From Spirochaetia bacterium (lineage in GTDB: Bacteria; Spirochaetota; Spirochaetia; DSM-2461), in the NCBI GenBank assembly GCA_963666985.2, contig CAXXIA010000001.1:1184001-1248000 (forward strand): a stretch of 64,000 nt of DNA. Reading direction: 5' to 3'. The position numbers and the translations under genes were made by a program. Shown here one piece after another: positions 48,002-58,788 of the stretch. The notes below the pieces were generated by a model. The model saw nothing but the letters and a program-made list of their open reading frames with translations, had not been told where the DNA came from and made no database searches. Position 1 is the first letter of the stretch; every line of letters starts with the position of its first letter.

Positions 48002-49258
48002 ATGACAAACGGAGATTTTTATATTCAACTCGGCATTTTGGCATTTCTTTTGTTCCTGTCGGCTTTTTTTTCAGGATCCGAAACGGCTTTATTTTCACTT
48101 AACAGCCTGGAAAAGGATGCCTTAAGGCGTCGAAGCACAGGAAAAAACGCGGAATTTACGGCCCGTTTCTTTTCTCACCCCGATGATATTCTGGTAACCA
48201 TTCTCACCGGAAATATGTTCGTCAACATCTTTTCATCGGCAATCGCCGAAGCCATCGGCGCGCGAATATTCAAAGAAGCCGCCGAACTCCTTTCCATCGC
48301 CGCGATGACGGTGCTGCTGCTGATTATCGGGGAAATGACTCCCAAGAATCTGGCGATCCGGCACGCGCTTAAATTTTCAACCAAGTCGACATTTCCGTTA
48401 AAAGTCATTCATACGTTACTTCGCCCGATTACACTCCCCTTGAGTCGCATCCGCCGATCCGTTCTTTCTTATTTCCCGAAACAGCACGGTCATGCCGGAA
48501 CAGATCAGGCCGGAGCGATTCTTTCGGCAATCCGCATAGGATACGACAGACAAACGATCGAAGAATCGGAGCTTCAGCTTCTTGAGCGTTTCTTCCGATT
48601 CAGACGTAAAACCGCCGCGGACATTATGATTCCTCGGGTGAATCTTCACCCCGTGGACGGGAATCTCACAATCGACGAATTGATCCGGCTTATTGCCTCC
48701 GGCTCTCTCGAATCCGAAAAAAGCCTTATTCCCATATACCGGGGCAATGTTGATCATATCACCGGATACATTCGAAAAATCGATCTCGCGGCGCAGAGAT
48801 TCGTTCGGGATTCGCGGCGTTTGAGCGCGATTGCCCGGCCGATCCACGCCGTACCGGAAAGCAAAGGATTACGGGAACTTCTGAATGAAATGGGCAAAAT
48901 AGGAACGGAAATGGCCGTTGTGATAGACCAGTACGGAGGTACCGGCGGTCTGGTAAGCTTTCCCGGATTGGTTTCCTACCTTTTCGAGGATTTTCTCCCG
49001 CAGCATGAGCGCTCAATTGAGAAAACCGGCGTAAACTCCTTTCGAATCGCGGGTCATGCCGATATCAGCGAAGTCGCCGCGGCCATGGAGATTGAATTGA
49101 CGAGTACCCAGCGGACAATCGCCGGAATGCTGATCAGTGAATTCGGCGGATTCCCGGAAATCGGACAAGAAGTGGTTATTTCCGGATACAGTTTCCGCAT
49201 TTCGGGATTGGACGATCATAAAATATCATGGATCGATGTCCGGGAGATTAAGTCATGA
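48002..49258 (+). CDS. CNNM/CorB (DUF21-CBS-CorC, hemolysin family) protein
   Basis: SAFFSGSETALFSL, GEMTPK, IMIPR and DQYGGTGG. Confidence 0.92.
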   Translation: MTNGDFYIQLGILAFLLFLSAFFSGSETALFSLNSLEKDALRRRSTGKNAEFTARFFSHPDDILVTILTGNMFVNIFSSAIAEAIGARIFKEAAELLSIAAMTVLLLIIGEMTPKNLAIRHALKFSTKSTFPLKVIHTLLRPITLPLSRIRRSVLSYFPKQHGHAGTDQAGAILSAIRIGYDRQTIEESELQLLERFFRFRRKTAADIMIPRVNLHPVDGNLTIDELIRLIASGSLESEKSLIPIYRGNVDHITGYIRKIDLAAQRFVRDSRRLSAIARPIHAVPESKGLRELLNEMGKIGTEMAVVIDQYGGTGGLVSFPGLVSYLFEDFLPQHERSIEKTGVNSFRIAGHADISEVAAAMEIELTSTQRTIAGMLISEFGGFPEIGQEVVISGYSFRISGLDDHKISWIDVREIKS

Positions 49259-50505
49259 CCGCTTTGATCGTCATTATATGCATATTCTCGGGCGGGATTT
49301 TCGCGGGCCTGGAAACCGGTTTAATCTCGGCCAATCAGTTCCTTTTGAATTCGGCACGAGAAAAAAATTCCCTTTCGGCACGGGCGACCGGCTTCCTTCT
49401 GAAAAGCCCCGAACGTCTTTTGTCGACAACCCTTATCGGAACAAATTTATCCTTCGTAACCGCCACGATTCTCTTAAGCCGGTACTTGAGGGCGACGGGT
49501 CTTATTTGGGCGCCCTGGGCGGGAAGTATTCTGCTCACCTTCATTATGCTGATTTTCGCGGAAATCATTCCGAAGTCCTTCTTCCGCCAGAACGCCGACA
49601 CCATTGCCGTCCGCCTGGCGCCCTTGCTCCTTCTGTTCTACTTCATCTTCTTTCCCGTGGCGTTGATTCTCAATCTGATTGTAAAAATGCTCCTTTTTCT
49701 CACGGGGCAATATCGTCCGTCCACGACGGTCATGGATTCCAAGCATTCGCTGAGAACCCTGGTTCGGCTCGGAAGCCGCGAAGCGGGAATCCCGCTGGAA
49801 GATCAAAGGATTGTGGATGATATTTTCGATTTTCAGGACACCATGGCCCGAGAAGTCATGATTCATATCCACAGGACTCTGGCCTGCCCGAAATCCATGC
49901 CGATAGAAGAAATCGTTCAGCAGGCCTATTTCGCCGAAGTGCGGTTCGTTCCCATCTACACACAAAGGCTGGATAATCTGGTGGGATATATCGATCTTGA
50001 AGATCTTGTTACATCAGAGTCTCTGGAAATTGATGAACTTCTTCATGAACCGGTTTTCTTCCCGGACATGAAGCGGATACCGGATCTTTATCGGGAAATG
50101 AAGGACAGAAAACTGAAGCTGGTCTTTCTGTCCAACGAATACGGCCGGATTACAGGCATCGTCACCCCCGCGGAAATCGTCGCGGAAATCGTCAGAATCC
50201 GTCCGGGGTATCCTGATGAACGGTACCAGGAGATTGAACATCTCGGAGAAGGCCGCTTCGCCGTGGTCGGCGTTGCCGATGTGGAAAACTTTCGAAACGA
50301 AACGGGGATTCCTCTTCCGGTAGGAGCGTATGATACGGTCGGGGGCTTCCTTCTTTCACGGTTCGGATGCATCCCCGAAATCGGTGAATCAATAAAGGCC
50401 TACGGCGCCGTTTTTTCCGTATCGAAGCGCGATGACGTTCATATCAAGAGAATCTCCGTTCAGCGCATCTCCTCATCCGCAGCACACTCCGATACGCCTT
50501 CTTAA
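49255..50505 (+). CDS. Second CNNM/CorB (DUF21-CBS-CorC) protein
   Basis: FAGLETG, TTLIGTN, AEIIPK, NEYG and YDTVGGF. Confidence 0.92.
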   Translation: MTALIVIICIFSGGIFAGLETGLISANQFLLNSAREKNSLSARATGFLLKSPERLLSTTLIGTNLSFVTATILLSRYLRATGLIWAPWAGSILLTFIMLIFAEIIPKSFFRQNADTIAVRLAPLLLLFYFIFFPVALILNLIVKMLLFLTGQYRPSTTVMDSKHSLRTLVRLGSREAGIPLEDQRIVDDIFDFQDTMAREVMIHIHRTLACPKSMPIEEIVQQAYFAEVRFVPIYTQRLDNLVGYIDLEDLVTSESLEIDELLHEPVFFPDMKRIPDLYREMKDRKLKLVFLSNEYGRITGIVTPAEIVAEIVRIRPGYPDERYQEIEHLGEGRFAVVGVADVENFRNETGIPLPVGAYDTVGGFLLSRFGCIPEIGESIKAYGAVFSVSKRDDVHIKRISVQRISSSAAHSDTPS

Positions 50506-50634
50506 TCATCCGCCAGAAACAACGCTCTCAAGAGAAGTATAAGCCTTCGAGGGAACCGCTGGGAACGTCAACGCGACAATGGACTCTTTCTTGAATCAAT
50601 TCGAGAATTTACCTGGTCGTCGGCCTTCCCGAAC

Positions 50635-52809
50635 TCAAGTCCGGCCGGCGATTTCAGAAAACTGCAGCGTATAAAGCTTGTGATAGGTTCCTTTATTCGC
50701 CATCAATTCATCATGTGTGCCTTCTTCAATCAGCTTTCGGTGTCCCAAAACCAAAATACGATCGGCCCGGCGAATGGTGGATAACCGGTGGGCAATAATC
50801 AGAGCGGTTCGATCCTGAAGTAAAACGTCCAAACCTTCCTGTAAAAGGGATTCGGTGGCCGTATCCACATTGGCGGTGGCTTCATCCAGAATGATAATCC
50901 GCGGATTATGAGCAATAATCCGGGCGAACGCGATCAGCTGACGCTGTCCTGCCGAAAGATTGCCGGCCCCTTCCGTTATTTGTGTATCAAATCCTTCCGG
51001 AAGGGTTTGAATAAACGCCTCGGCTCGAGAAATCATGGCCGCTTCTTTTATTTTCTCAGAAGAGATATCAAGTCCAAGATCGATATTATCCGAAATGGAA
51101 CCGGAAAAAAGAAACACATCCTGCTGCACCGGCTGAACGGTTTTTCGAAGCACTTCCAAAGGCCTGTTGCGGATATCCTCTCCATCCAGGAGTATCCGGC
51201 CGCCGTCCACATCCCAAAGACGTGTAAGAAGATTGGCAATCGTGGTTTTTCCGGCACCGGTCGCACCCACGATGGCCACCGTTTCACCCGGATGAATAAC
51301 AAAGCTCAAATCGTTAAAAATACGTTCGCCCGGGACATAGGAAAACTGAACGTTTTCAAAGCGGATCTCTCCGCAGGAGAGTTCCGAATCCTCCGCTTCA
51401 GGATTTGAATCGGAACATTCTCCAACATCAGTTCCGGTATCCGGGATACGGTCAACTTCATCCATCATGTCAAAAATTCGTTCACTGCCGGCCATGGCCG
51501 ATTGAAGAATGTTGAACTTCTCCGCAATATCCCGAACAGGCTGAAAAAATTTCTGAATCAGTTCTATAAAGGCAACCAGCACACCCAAAGTTACCAATCC
51601 CTGATCCTGCAAACCGCTGGAATACCAAATCACCGCTCCTGCGATGACCGAAGAAATCATGTCGACCAACGGACGAAACACCGCCATGATTTTCATCTCA
51701 CTGATTTCGGCTCCAAGAAGAGAACGGCTTTTTTCTGAAAATTCATTTCGGCTGCGATTTTCCGCCGCGAAAAGGTGAACGGTCTGCATTCCTCCGATCC
51801 TCTCGGAAAGATAGGTATTCACCGCACTCACCCGGGTACGAACTTTTCGAAACGCTTCACGCATCCGATTTCGGAACACGATAATGAGAATAGCCGTTGG
51901 GATGAGAGAGGCCATGGAAATCAGGGCCAGTTTAACATCCAGAAGGAAAATCACCACAACCACACCAATCATCATGGCTCCGTCTTTTAAAAAGGAAGTG
52001 GCCACGTTGGTAAAAAACTCATTGATGGTTTCCACATCATTGGCTACACGGGATACCAGACTGCCGACAGGAGTTTTTCCTAAATAACGAAGAGACTGGC
52101 GCATAATATGAGAAAGGAGTCCGATACGAATATCAGCCATCACTTTCTGACCGATCCAGGAAGCCAGATAGACTTGGACAAAAGTAAAGAGAAGAACGAT
52201 TGTAAGAAGCAAAAGATATTGAAGCGAACGAAAACGTAATCCTGAAATATCACGCGAACGAATAATCCGCTTTTCTTGTGGTGTTAATTTGGCAAAATCC
52301 GGCACGGAGATCGCCAAAGGCGAATTGGTATTATCTGTTTTCCGCCCTAAAAATATCTGGTTATGCCGATTAACAACGGATGAAACCTCTGGAGAATCGT
52401 TATAAAAAACATACCATTCTTCCGGGGAAAGAAGCCCGATTGATTCCGCTTCCGCTTTTTGGGATTCATTCAAAAAGGAAAGATTGCCGGTTGGAACAAA
52501 CAGGTTTTCTCCTGTCCGAACCCCATTTCCCAAAAGATTATCCGTATTTTCCCTACCGATGAGATCGGATGTTTCCACCTGCAAAAGGGAAAGCCTGGAA
52601 TACCGTTTAAGGATATTTTCATCCAGCGTTCGCTGAACCACAACCGGTAAAAGAAGTTCGGCAACGGTAGCCACCGCCAATGCGGCAAGAGCCGAAACAG
52701 CCGCAAGCCGATAGGGAGAAAGATACCCGAGAAGGCGCTTCATCACGGCCGGTGAATACCTCCGGACCAGCTTTTCATCAAAAGAGGAATCTGTTTTACC
52801 GGGACTCAT
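50635..52809 (-). CDS. ABC exporter, fused permease/ATPase (heterodimer subunit)
   Basis: GATGAGKT, LSAGQRQ, LDEATA and AHRLST. Confidence 0.95.
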   Translation of the reverse strand: MSPGKTDSSFDEKLVRRYSPAVMKRLLGYLSPYRLAAVSALAALAVATVAELLLPVVVQRTLDENILKRYSRLSLLQVETSDLIGRENTDNLLGNGVRTGENLFVPTGNLSFLNESQKAEAESIGLLSPEEWYVFYNDSPEVSSVVNRHNQIFLGRKTDNTNSPLAISVPDFAKLTPQEKRIIRSRDISGLRFRSLQYLLLLTIVLLFTFVQVYLASWIGQKVMADIRIGLLSHIMRQSLRYLGKTPVGSLVSRVANDVETINEFFTNVATSFLKDGAMMIGVVVVIFLLDVKLALISMASLIPTAILIIVFRNRMREAFRKVRTRVSAVNTYLSERIGGMQTVHLFAAENRSRNEFSEKSRSLLGAEISEMKIMAVFRPLVDMISSVIAGAVIWYSSGLQDQGLVTLGVLVAFIELIQKFFQPVRDIAEKFNILQSAMAGSERIFDMMDEVDRIPDTGTDVGECSDSNPEAEDSELSCGEIRFENVQFSYVPGERIFNDLSFVIHPGETVAIVGATGAGKTTIANLLTRLWDVDGGRILLDGEDIRNRPLEVLRKTVQPVQQDVFLFSGSISDNIDLGLDISSEKIKEAAMISRAEAFIQTLPEGFDTQITEGAGNLSAGQRQLIAFARIIAHNPRIIILDEATANVDTATESLLQEGLDVLLQDRTALIIAHRLSTIRRADRILVLGHRKLIEEGTHDELMANKGTYHKLYTLQFSEIAGRT

Positions 52810-54590
52810 GACGGTTCCTCCTCGATTCTTTCAAGTGACTGCAAATCGGCAATTCTCCGGTAAAATGGGCTTTTTTTCATTAATTCATCAGGAGTTCCTT
52901 CGGCACTCACATGCCCATCCTCCAAAACGATACAGCGGCCGCAGCGGGCCATCGCTGAAATTCTGTGAGAAATCATCAATGTTGTTTTCCCCTTCCGAAC
53001 GGCGAAAAGATTCTGCAGGATTCTCTCTTCGGTATCCGCATCCACAGCTGAAAGGGCATCGTCCAGAACAAGGATTTCCGGATCGGCCAAGAGCGCCCGG
53101 GCGATGGCGATCCGTTGTTTTTGCCCCCCGGAAAGAGTCACCCCTCTCTCGCCGACAACGGTATCCAGTCCTTGAGGGAAAAAGGGTAAATCCGAACTCA
53201 AACCGGCCGCTTCCACCGCCGCATCAAGTTCTTCATCACTCGAAGATGGATTGGAAAAAAGAATATTGTCTTTGATGGTTTCAGAGAAGAGGAACACATC
53301 CTGGGGAACCATGCCCAGAGCCCGGCGAAGGGCACTTCTGGTAAAGAGCCGGATATCCTTTCCTCCGATAAATACCGAGCCTTCGGGAGGATCAAGAAGG
53401 CGGGGAATCAATTTGGCCAAGGTTGTTTTACCGCATCCGGTTGGCCCAAGAATACCAAGGGAGCCCCCTTTGAACGCCGTAAAACTCACTCCGTTCAGGA
53501 TGGGGAAGCCCTCTTTGTAAGCATAATGAACCGAACGGAATTCCAAATCGCCCGACGGCACCCTATCTTCGGCTTCGGAAAGATCAATGATATCGGGAAC
53601 CGAATCCAGAACATCGTTGATTCGGCGCATCGATGCCGCTCCTCTCTGTATCATGTTTACAACCCAGCCGGCACCCATGGCGGGCCACTGAAGCATTCCC
53701 AGATACGCCAAGGCGGCAACAAAATCTCCGGCACTCAAACGGCCGTCAATAACGCCGATACCACCGAAAGAAAGAAGCAGTAAAACGCCCAAACCGGCGA
53801 GAAAGGTCATTGCCGGAAAGATTAATCCCCAAAACCGAACCAAAGCCATGTTGGCCTGGCCGTAATGGATGTTGATTTCCGTAAAGTTGGTCAAAGACTT
53901 CTTTTCACAAGCGTAGGATTTCACCACCCGAATCCCGGACAGGGTTTCCTGAACATAATCGCTGATTCCGGCAAAACGTTCCTGAACCCTGCGGAATAAA
54001 GGCCCAATCAGCCGCCCCAGAAAAACGGCCATTATGGTAACCAAAGGAAGAGGCAGAACAATAAGAACCCCAATTCGTCCATATCTCATAAAAAGCAGAA
54101 CAAGAATAACCAAGGCCATAAAGAGTCCATCGATAAAAGCCACAAGGGCCATCCCCGCAGCCATGCGGACAGAGTTCAAATCGTTTGTTACCCGGGCCAT
54201 TAAATCACCAACTTTGTACTTTTGGAAAAACGATCCGGAAAGAGACAGCATTTTTTCATAAAGATCGGAACGGAGTCCGGCTTCAATTTTCCGGGCCGAC
54301 CCGATAATGAACATCCGCCAGCCGAAACGTCCGGCGGCAATAACCGCAGCTATGGCGGCTATGGAGAGCATTAACCTCCCGATTTCTCCGGAATTACCGC
54401 TGCCGAGAGAAATTAAATCCACGGCCTTCCCCATAATGCGGGGAATAACAATCTGGCCGCCATCGGCAATCACCAGAAAAAGAAGTCCGGCAATATAACT
54501 CCATCGATATCGTTTAACATATGGATAAATCGGCTTGAAGACAGTGAAAAAGCCCTCGTTTGGGCCGCCGTCAGATTTTTTTCGAGGCAT
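52806..54590 (-). CDS. ABC exporter, fused permease/ATPase (degenerate-site partner)
   Basis: GPTGCGKT, LSGGQKQR and LDDALSAVD. Confidence 0.95.
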   Translation of the reverse strand: MPRKKSDGGPNEGFFTVFKPIYPYVKRYRWSYIAGLLFLVIADGGQIVIPRIMGKAVDLISLGSGNSGEIGRLMLSIAAIAAVIAAGRFGWRMFIIGSARKIEAGLRSDLYEKMLSLSGSFFQKYKVGDLMARVTNDLNSVRMAAGMALVAFIDGLFMALVILVLLFMRYGRIGVLIVLPLPLVTIMAVFLGRLIGPLFRRVQERFAGISDYVQETLSGIRVVKSYACEKKSLTNFTEINIHYGQANMALVRFWGLIFPAMTFLAGLGVLLLLSFGGIGVIDGRLSAGDFVAALAYLGMLQWPAMGAGWVVNMIQRGAASMRRINDVLDSVPDIIDLSEAEDRVPSGDLEFRSVHYAYKEGFPILNGVSFTAFKGGSLGILGPTGCGKTTLAKLIPRLLDPPEGSVFIGGKDIRLFTRSALRRALGMVPQDVFLFSETIKDNILFSNPSSSDEELDAAVEAAGLSSDLPFFPQGLDTVVGERGVTLSGGQKQRIAIARALLADPEILVLDDALSAVDADTEERILQNLFAVRKGKTTLMISHRISAMARCGRCIVLEDGHVSAEGTPDELMKKSPFYRRIADLQSLERIEEEPS

Positions 54591-54709
54591 CTAATCAATA
54601 TATGGATCAGGATATGTCAGGTAAAGAACAAGGAGCGGATATCGGCAATTCTCATTTTGGGCGTATCCCTAACGCTGATTGAGGATTATGGCCGTTTAAG
54701 GTTAATAAT

Positions 54710-55606
54710 TTACTTCGCGTTCCGAAAGAAATCGGCGACGATTGCGGCCATTTCCGGCGTGCGAAGATAACCGTATGATTTGTGAGGATTGCGCTTTCCA
54801 GCGCATATGTAATTGTTGAAAACCTTTTTATCCTGCACCCGCACGCCGCGTGAATTGGCCTCGTAGTCGTCGGCCAGAGACTGATCCATCGCCACGGCGT
54901 CTTCGGTATCCGACAGGTTGTACCAGTCTTTTCTAACGGCTTCGGGAGTTTGAGGACGGCCGGAACCCGTCTTATGTTCCTCTTGAGATTTTAAAACGGC
55001 GGCCTTGATGTTCGGCAATCCGAGCGGCGATCCTATCGTTACCAGCGTATCGGCGTGCAAATCGGACGAACAACGGTTCAGTACGTCAACGGCGACAATC
55101 GATCCCATGGAATGAGCGATAAGAAGAATCCTTTTTCTCCGGCACCGCTTCAACCGTACACGCAATCGCTCCTGAATCGCCTTTTGAACCTCTTTGCCTT
55201 CCGGCGAATAATAGGTGCCGAGGTCCGGAAAAAACGACTTGATGAATTTATCCGCGGCGGCTTCGAATTTCACTTCGTTGTTTCTGCCCAGAAAGACTTT
55301 ATCGAGGCCCTTATCGAGGGCTCGAAACATCAGACTTCTCAGTCTATTCGGCCCGGGAGTCTCTTCACCGCCTCCCGCGATATAAGGCTCCCGAAGATGC
55401 AGCGGATCATCTTCACCGCCGGGAATGTCCCGCAAAGGTTTCTCGTGCAGAATATCCGCCCAATAAACCAAGCGAAACGGTAAAAGACGGATTCGAATTC
55501 CTTCGCGTTCCAACCCTTCTCGCAGTGCTTTTTTCCACCATTTTTTAAGCAGGCGCCGCTTCAGTTTGTTTCCGAGCCCGTGAATGGCGATGATGACGGA
55601 TTTCAT
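54710..55606 (-). CDS. Alpha/beta hydrolase-like protein
   Basis: IHGLG, AHSMG nucleophile elbow, VTIGSPL and NPHKSYGYL. Confidence 0.8.
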   Translation of the reverse strand: MKSVIIAIHGLGNKLKRRLLKKWWKKALREGLEREGIRIRLLPFRLVYWADILHEKPLRDIPGGEDDPLHLREPYIAGGGEETPGPNRLRSLMFRALDKGLDKVFLGRNNEVKFEAAADKFIKSFFPDLGTYYSPEGKEVQKAIQERLRVRLKRCRRKRILLIAHSMGSIVAVDVLNRCSSDLHADTLVTIGSPLGLPNIKAAVLKSQEEHKTGSGRPQTPEAVRKDWYNLSDTEDAVAMDQSLADDYEANSRGVRVQDKKVFNNYICAGKRNPHKSYGYLRTPEMAAIVADFFRNAK

Positions 55607-55629
55607 AGCTGTCCTAAATTGTATCCGAC

Positions 55630-55702
55630 AGCCAAAGTGGAGATTCGAACTCCAGACCTACGCATTACGAGTGCGTTGCTCTACCAGCTGAGCTACTTTG
55701 GC
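55630..55702 (-). tRNA. tRNA-Thr(CGT), CCA not encoded
   Basis: GCCAAAGTAGCTCAGCTGGTAGAGCAACGCACT-CGT-AATGCGTAGGTCTGGAGTTCGAATCTCCACTTTGGCT folds as a cloverleaf; upstream TTGACC-16-TATAAT. Confidence 0.97.
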
Positions 55703-55789
55703 GAACGGGCTTATTATAGTCGTGACGTCATACGGGTCAATGGGGGGATTGGACTTGACTCACAATTTTTTTCCCATACTATGTGAAGA

Positions 55790-56152
55790 ATGGACAACAA
55801 GGGACAAAGGCGTTTTGAAAGAACCGATTTTCATGTCAAAGGCTTCGTGATCATCGACGGCCAGGAATGCCCGGTCAATGTAATCAACATTTCTCTCAAG
55901 GGCATCCTTGTTGAGCCGGAAAAATCCATAAATCACGAAATCAACAAGATTTACCCTCTGCGCATATCCCTCCCGCATTCGGAAATCAGCATTCAAACTG
56001 AATCAAAGCTGATTCACGACCGCGACGGCCAGTGCGGATTTCGCTTTGAATCCGTTGAAGCCGAAAGCATGATCCACCTCCGGCGCTTGCTGGAACTCAA
56101 CATCAGTTCCGATGAAGAAGTGGAAAAAGAACTGTTTTTCCTGATGGATTAA
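55790..56152 (+). CDS. PilZ domain protein
   Basis: RRFER (RxxxR) and NISLKG ((D/N)xSxxG) c-di-GMP motifs. Confidence 0.9.
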   Translation: MDNKGQRRFERTDFHVKGFVIIDGQECPVNVINISLKGILVEPEKSINHEINKIYPLRISLPHSEISIQTESKLIHDRDGQCGFRFESVEAESMIHLRRLLELNISSDEEVEKELFFLMD

Positions 56153-56235
56153 CCGGAGAGATTTGAAAAGACGAAGTTTTTTCTCTTTTTAACGGCCGCG
56201 ATAGGGAAACGGTTCCCATGATTCGGCTATATCGG

Positions 56236-56892
56236 TCAGAATTCCTGACCTTCCTGAACCTTGCGGCGGGAAGAGACGAAACGCGACAAATCATGGATGT
56301 TGGTTACATCGATATGATCCTGGTAAACCGTAACCCGCCGCTGTTCCTGAAAATGATTTAAAATATCCCGGACTCTGTCGGGACTCATTCCGGCCCAATG
56401 GCCGATATCCGCCACCGAATTATTAAACGTTCTTTTTCCCGTATCCGTTTCTTCGTCGAAGGGCTGAAGATCTTCGGCCAGCATCAGAAAGACATCGGCG
56501 ACACGCGCATGCTCGTCCGAAAGAGTCAATATATTGAAGCGGCGCTTCTGATCGTAGATTCTCTTGGCGAAGAGACCGAGTAAATTGAGAGCCATCTGAG
56601 GATTCCCGGTCATCAGCATCTCAAAGTTGTTTCTGTTGAATTCCAGCAGTTTGCAGTTGTCCAGCGCGATGATGGAAGCGCTTCTGGGAGCGTTCTCAAG
56701 CAGCGCCATTTCACCGAAAAACTCGCCGGGTTTAAGGATATCGATGGTTTTTTCGATGTTTCCGAAAATTTTTACGATTTTCACCCGTCCCGACTGTATC
56801 AGATAGAAAGTGTCGCCCGGCTCATATTCACAGAATATTATTTGTCCCGCGCTGTAGGTTTTGGCGAATCGTTCGAACATGGAGAGGTCCAT
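56236..56892 (-). CDS. Crp/Fnr family regulator
   Basis: FFGEMALLENAPRSAS cNMP cassette; C-terminal HTH-like region. Confidence 0.9.
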   Translation of the reverse strand: MDLSMFERFAKTYSAGQIIFCEYEPGDTFYLIQSGRVKIVKIFGNIEKTIDILKPGEFFGEMALLENAPRSASIIALDNCKLLEFNRNNFEMLMTGNPQMALNLLGLFAKRIYDQKRRFNILTLSDEHARVADVFLMLAEDLQPFDEETDTGKRTFNNSVADIGHWAGMSPDRVRDILNHFQEQRRVTVYQDHIDVTNIHDLSRFVSSRRKVQEGQEF

Positions 56893-56894
56893 TG

Positions 56895-57863
56895 TTATAT
56901 TCCCCCTCCGCCGAGATCGTGAATTTTCTTCACCACCTGCCGGTAGAGAGATCCTCCTTCAGGAACCAATTGACCGGCCTTCCTGCAGAAACCAAGCGCT
57001 TTTTCGTCGTCTCCCATCATCTCATGACTCAATCCCATGAAAAAGACGGCTTCACCCAGATACGGATGTTTCGGATATTTCCTGATAACCATGGCCAATT
57101 GCCTGGTTGCATCCTGGTATCGTTCAATATGATACAGACAGCATCCGAGCCGGAACTCGGCGTAGGCAAGATGTTCGGGCTCGGATCCTTCTTCGATTAA
57201 GGAATGAAACCCCCGCATGGCATCTTTATATCGGCCGAGTTTGTAAAGATTATTGATTTCGAGAAAGCTCATCGCGGCATAATCGCCGCGCGGCTTTCCC
57301 GAATCAGCGACTTCTTCCGCTTCGTCAACCTGGGCGGCATCGGCTTCTCCGGCTTTCAGAGTTGCCTGCGGAGCGTAAATTCCCTTAGGCCAATGCTTCA
57401 GATACCTTTTAAACGCATATGCCGCCTGAGGATACTGCCGGTCCTTCAAATAATACTCACCCACGGCAAAAAGTCCGGCCTCCTGGCTGGTGTTGATTCT
57501 GTCGGTGGAAAGAAGACTCTGAACCTGATGATGAATACGCCTGAGCTGCGTGGAGAAAACCTGAAGCATCTTCATCAGGATTCTGGGATTTCCCGAAACC
57601 ACCTCTTCGAATTCGGCAATGGAAAAATGAATAACGGTACAATCGGTTACGGCTGTTGCGGTCTCATCGTGGGGATATCGCCCCAGCGCCGCTTTCACTC
57701 CGAAAAACTCGCCCGTTCTAATCGGTTCCCTGATTTCACTGCCGGTCTGTAAATCCTCACTGGACAACTCGACTTTGCCTTCCTTCAAAATAGGAATACC
57801 GTCGGCTTTGTCGCCCTGAAAGTAGATAATTGCGTTGGCGCGATAAAACACCGGTTTAGGCAA
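56895..57863 (-). CDS. cNMP-binding domain plus TPR protein
   Basis: TTG start after GGGAG; IYFQGD and GEFFG, followed by TPR-like helices. Confidence 0.85.
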   Translation of the reverse strand: MPKPVFYRANAIIYFQGDKADGIPILKEGKVELSSEDLQTGSEIREPIRTGEFFGVKAALGRYPHDETATAVTDCTVIHFSIAEFEEVVSGNPRILMKMLQVFSTQLRRIHHQVQSLLSTDRINTSQEAGLFAVGEYYLKDRQYPQAAYAFKRYLKHWPKGIYAPQATLKAGEADAAQVDEAEEVADSGKPRGDYAAMSFLEINNLYKLGRYKDAMRGFHSLIEEGSEPEHLAYAEFRLGCCLYHIERYQDATRQLAMVIRKYPKHPYLGEAVFFMGLSHEMMGDDEKALGFCRKAGQLVPEGGSLYRQVVKKIHDLGGGGI

Positions 57864-57954
57864 AAAATAGCTCCCGTAAAGCCCGATAGAGAAAGAATAC
57901 GCATCGTTCCATGGCCCTGTCAACAATCGTCTTCCGACGGTATCCTATGAACCT

Positions 57955-58788
57955 ATGGTCGACCTTCATATGCATTCGGATGCCAGCGACGGGGAGTTCC
58001 CGCCCGCGGATCTTGTCGATCTTGCGGCAAGCAAAAGCATTACGGCTCTTTCCCTGACCGATCACGATACCTTGGCCGGACAGCATGAGGCGAAACGCCG
58101 CTGTAAAGAGCTTGGGATACGATTCATTGCGGGCGTGGAAACGGAAGTGGAGTTCGCACCCGGTGAATTTCATCTTTTGGGATATGGGATGAAGCTCTCC
58201 GAGGAGAGCCCTCTGGAAACATTTCTTGAAGAAATCCGCAGGCGCCGCATCGCTCGGAATGAAGAAATGATTTCGCTGATGCGGGCTCACGGTCTTTCAA
58301 TAACCCTCCGGGATCTGAACGATTTGGCCGGAGGAGAGGTTATCGGAAGAATGCACTTCGCTCAATGGCTCATCGATGCGCAAATGGCGTCCGATATTCC
58401 AAGAGCCTTTGATAAGTGGCTCGGTCCCGGAAAAGCTTTTCATGTACCGAAACAAAGACCGAAACTGGAAGAGGCCTTGAATGCGATTAAAAAAGCGGGC
58501 GGAAAAACAGTTGTGGCGCATCCCCTCTCTCTTTGGATATCATGGGGAAGAATGGCAAAATATCTGCCCGAATGGAAAGAAATGGGTCTGGACGGACTTG
58601 AGGCCCTGCATTCCGGCGCGACAAAGAGGGAAGCGGAACGTTTCACGCAATTAGCGGCCGAAACGGGTTTTTTCGTTACGGGCGGGTCCGATTTTCACGG
58701 AATGGGCCGACCCGACAGACGGCTTGGATACGGCGCCGCCGGCATAAAGCTGGATGAAAGTCTTTTACGTCCTTTCGACGATGACTAA
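57955..58788 (+). CDS. PHP domain phosphoesterase
   Basis: DLHMHSDASDG, LTDHDT, AHP and GGSDFHG. Confidence 0.93.
   Translation: MVDLHMHSDASDGEFPPADLVDLAASKSITALSLTDHDTLAGQHEAKRRCKELGIRFIAGVETEVEFAPGEFHLLGYGMKLSEESPLETFLEEIRRRRIARNEEMISLMRAHGLSITLRDLNDLAGGEVIGRMHFAQWLIDAQMASDIPRAFDKWLGPGKAFHVPKQRPKLEEALNAIKKAGGKTVVAHPLSLWISWGRMAKYLPEWKEMGLDGLEALHSGATKREAERFTQLAAETGFFVTGGSDFHGMGRPDRRLGYGAAGIKLDESLLRPFDDD

Noticed and set aside
48002..50505. Hemolysin toxins
   Set aside because: DUF21-CBS-CorC architecture indicates CNNM-type metal transporters.
54710..55702. Genomic island integrated at tRNA-Thr
   Set aside because: No duplicated tRNA 3' end and no integrase seen.
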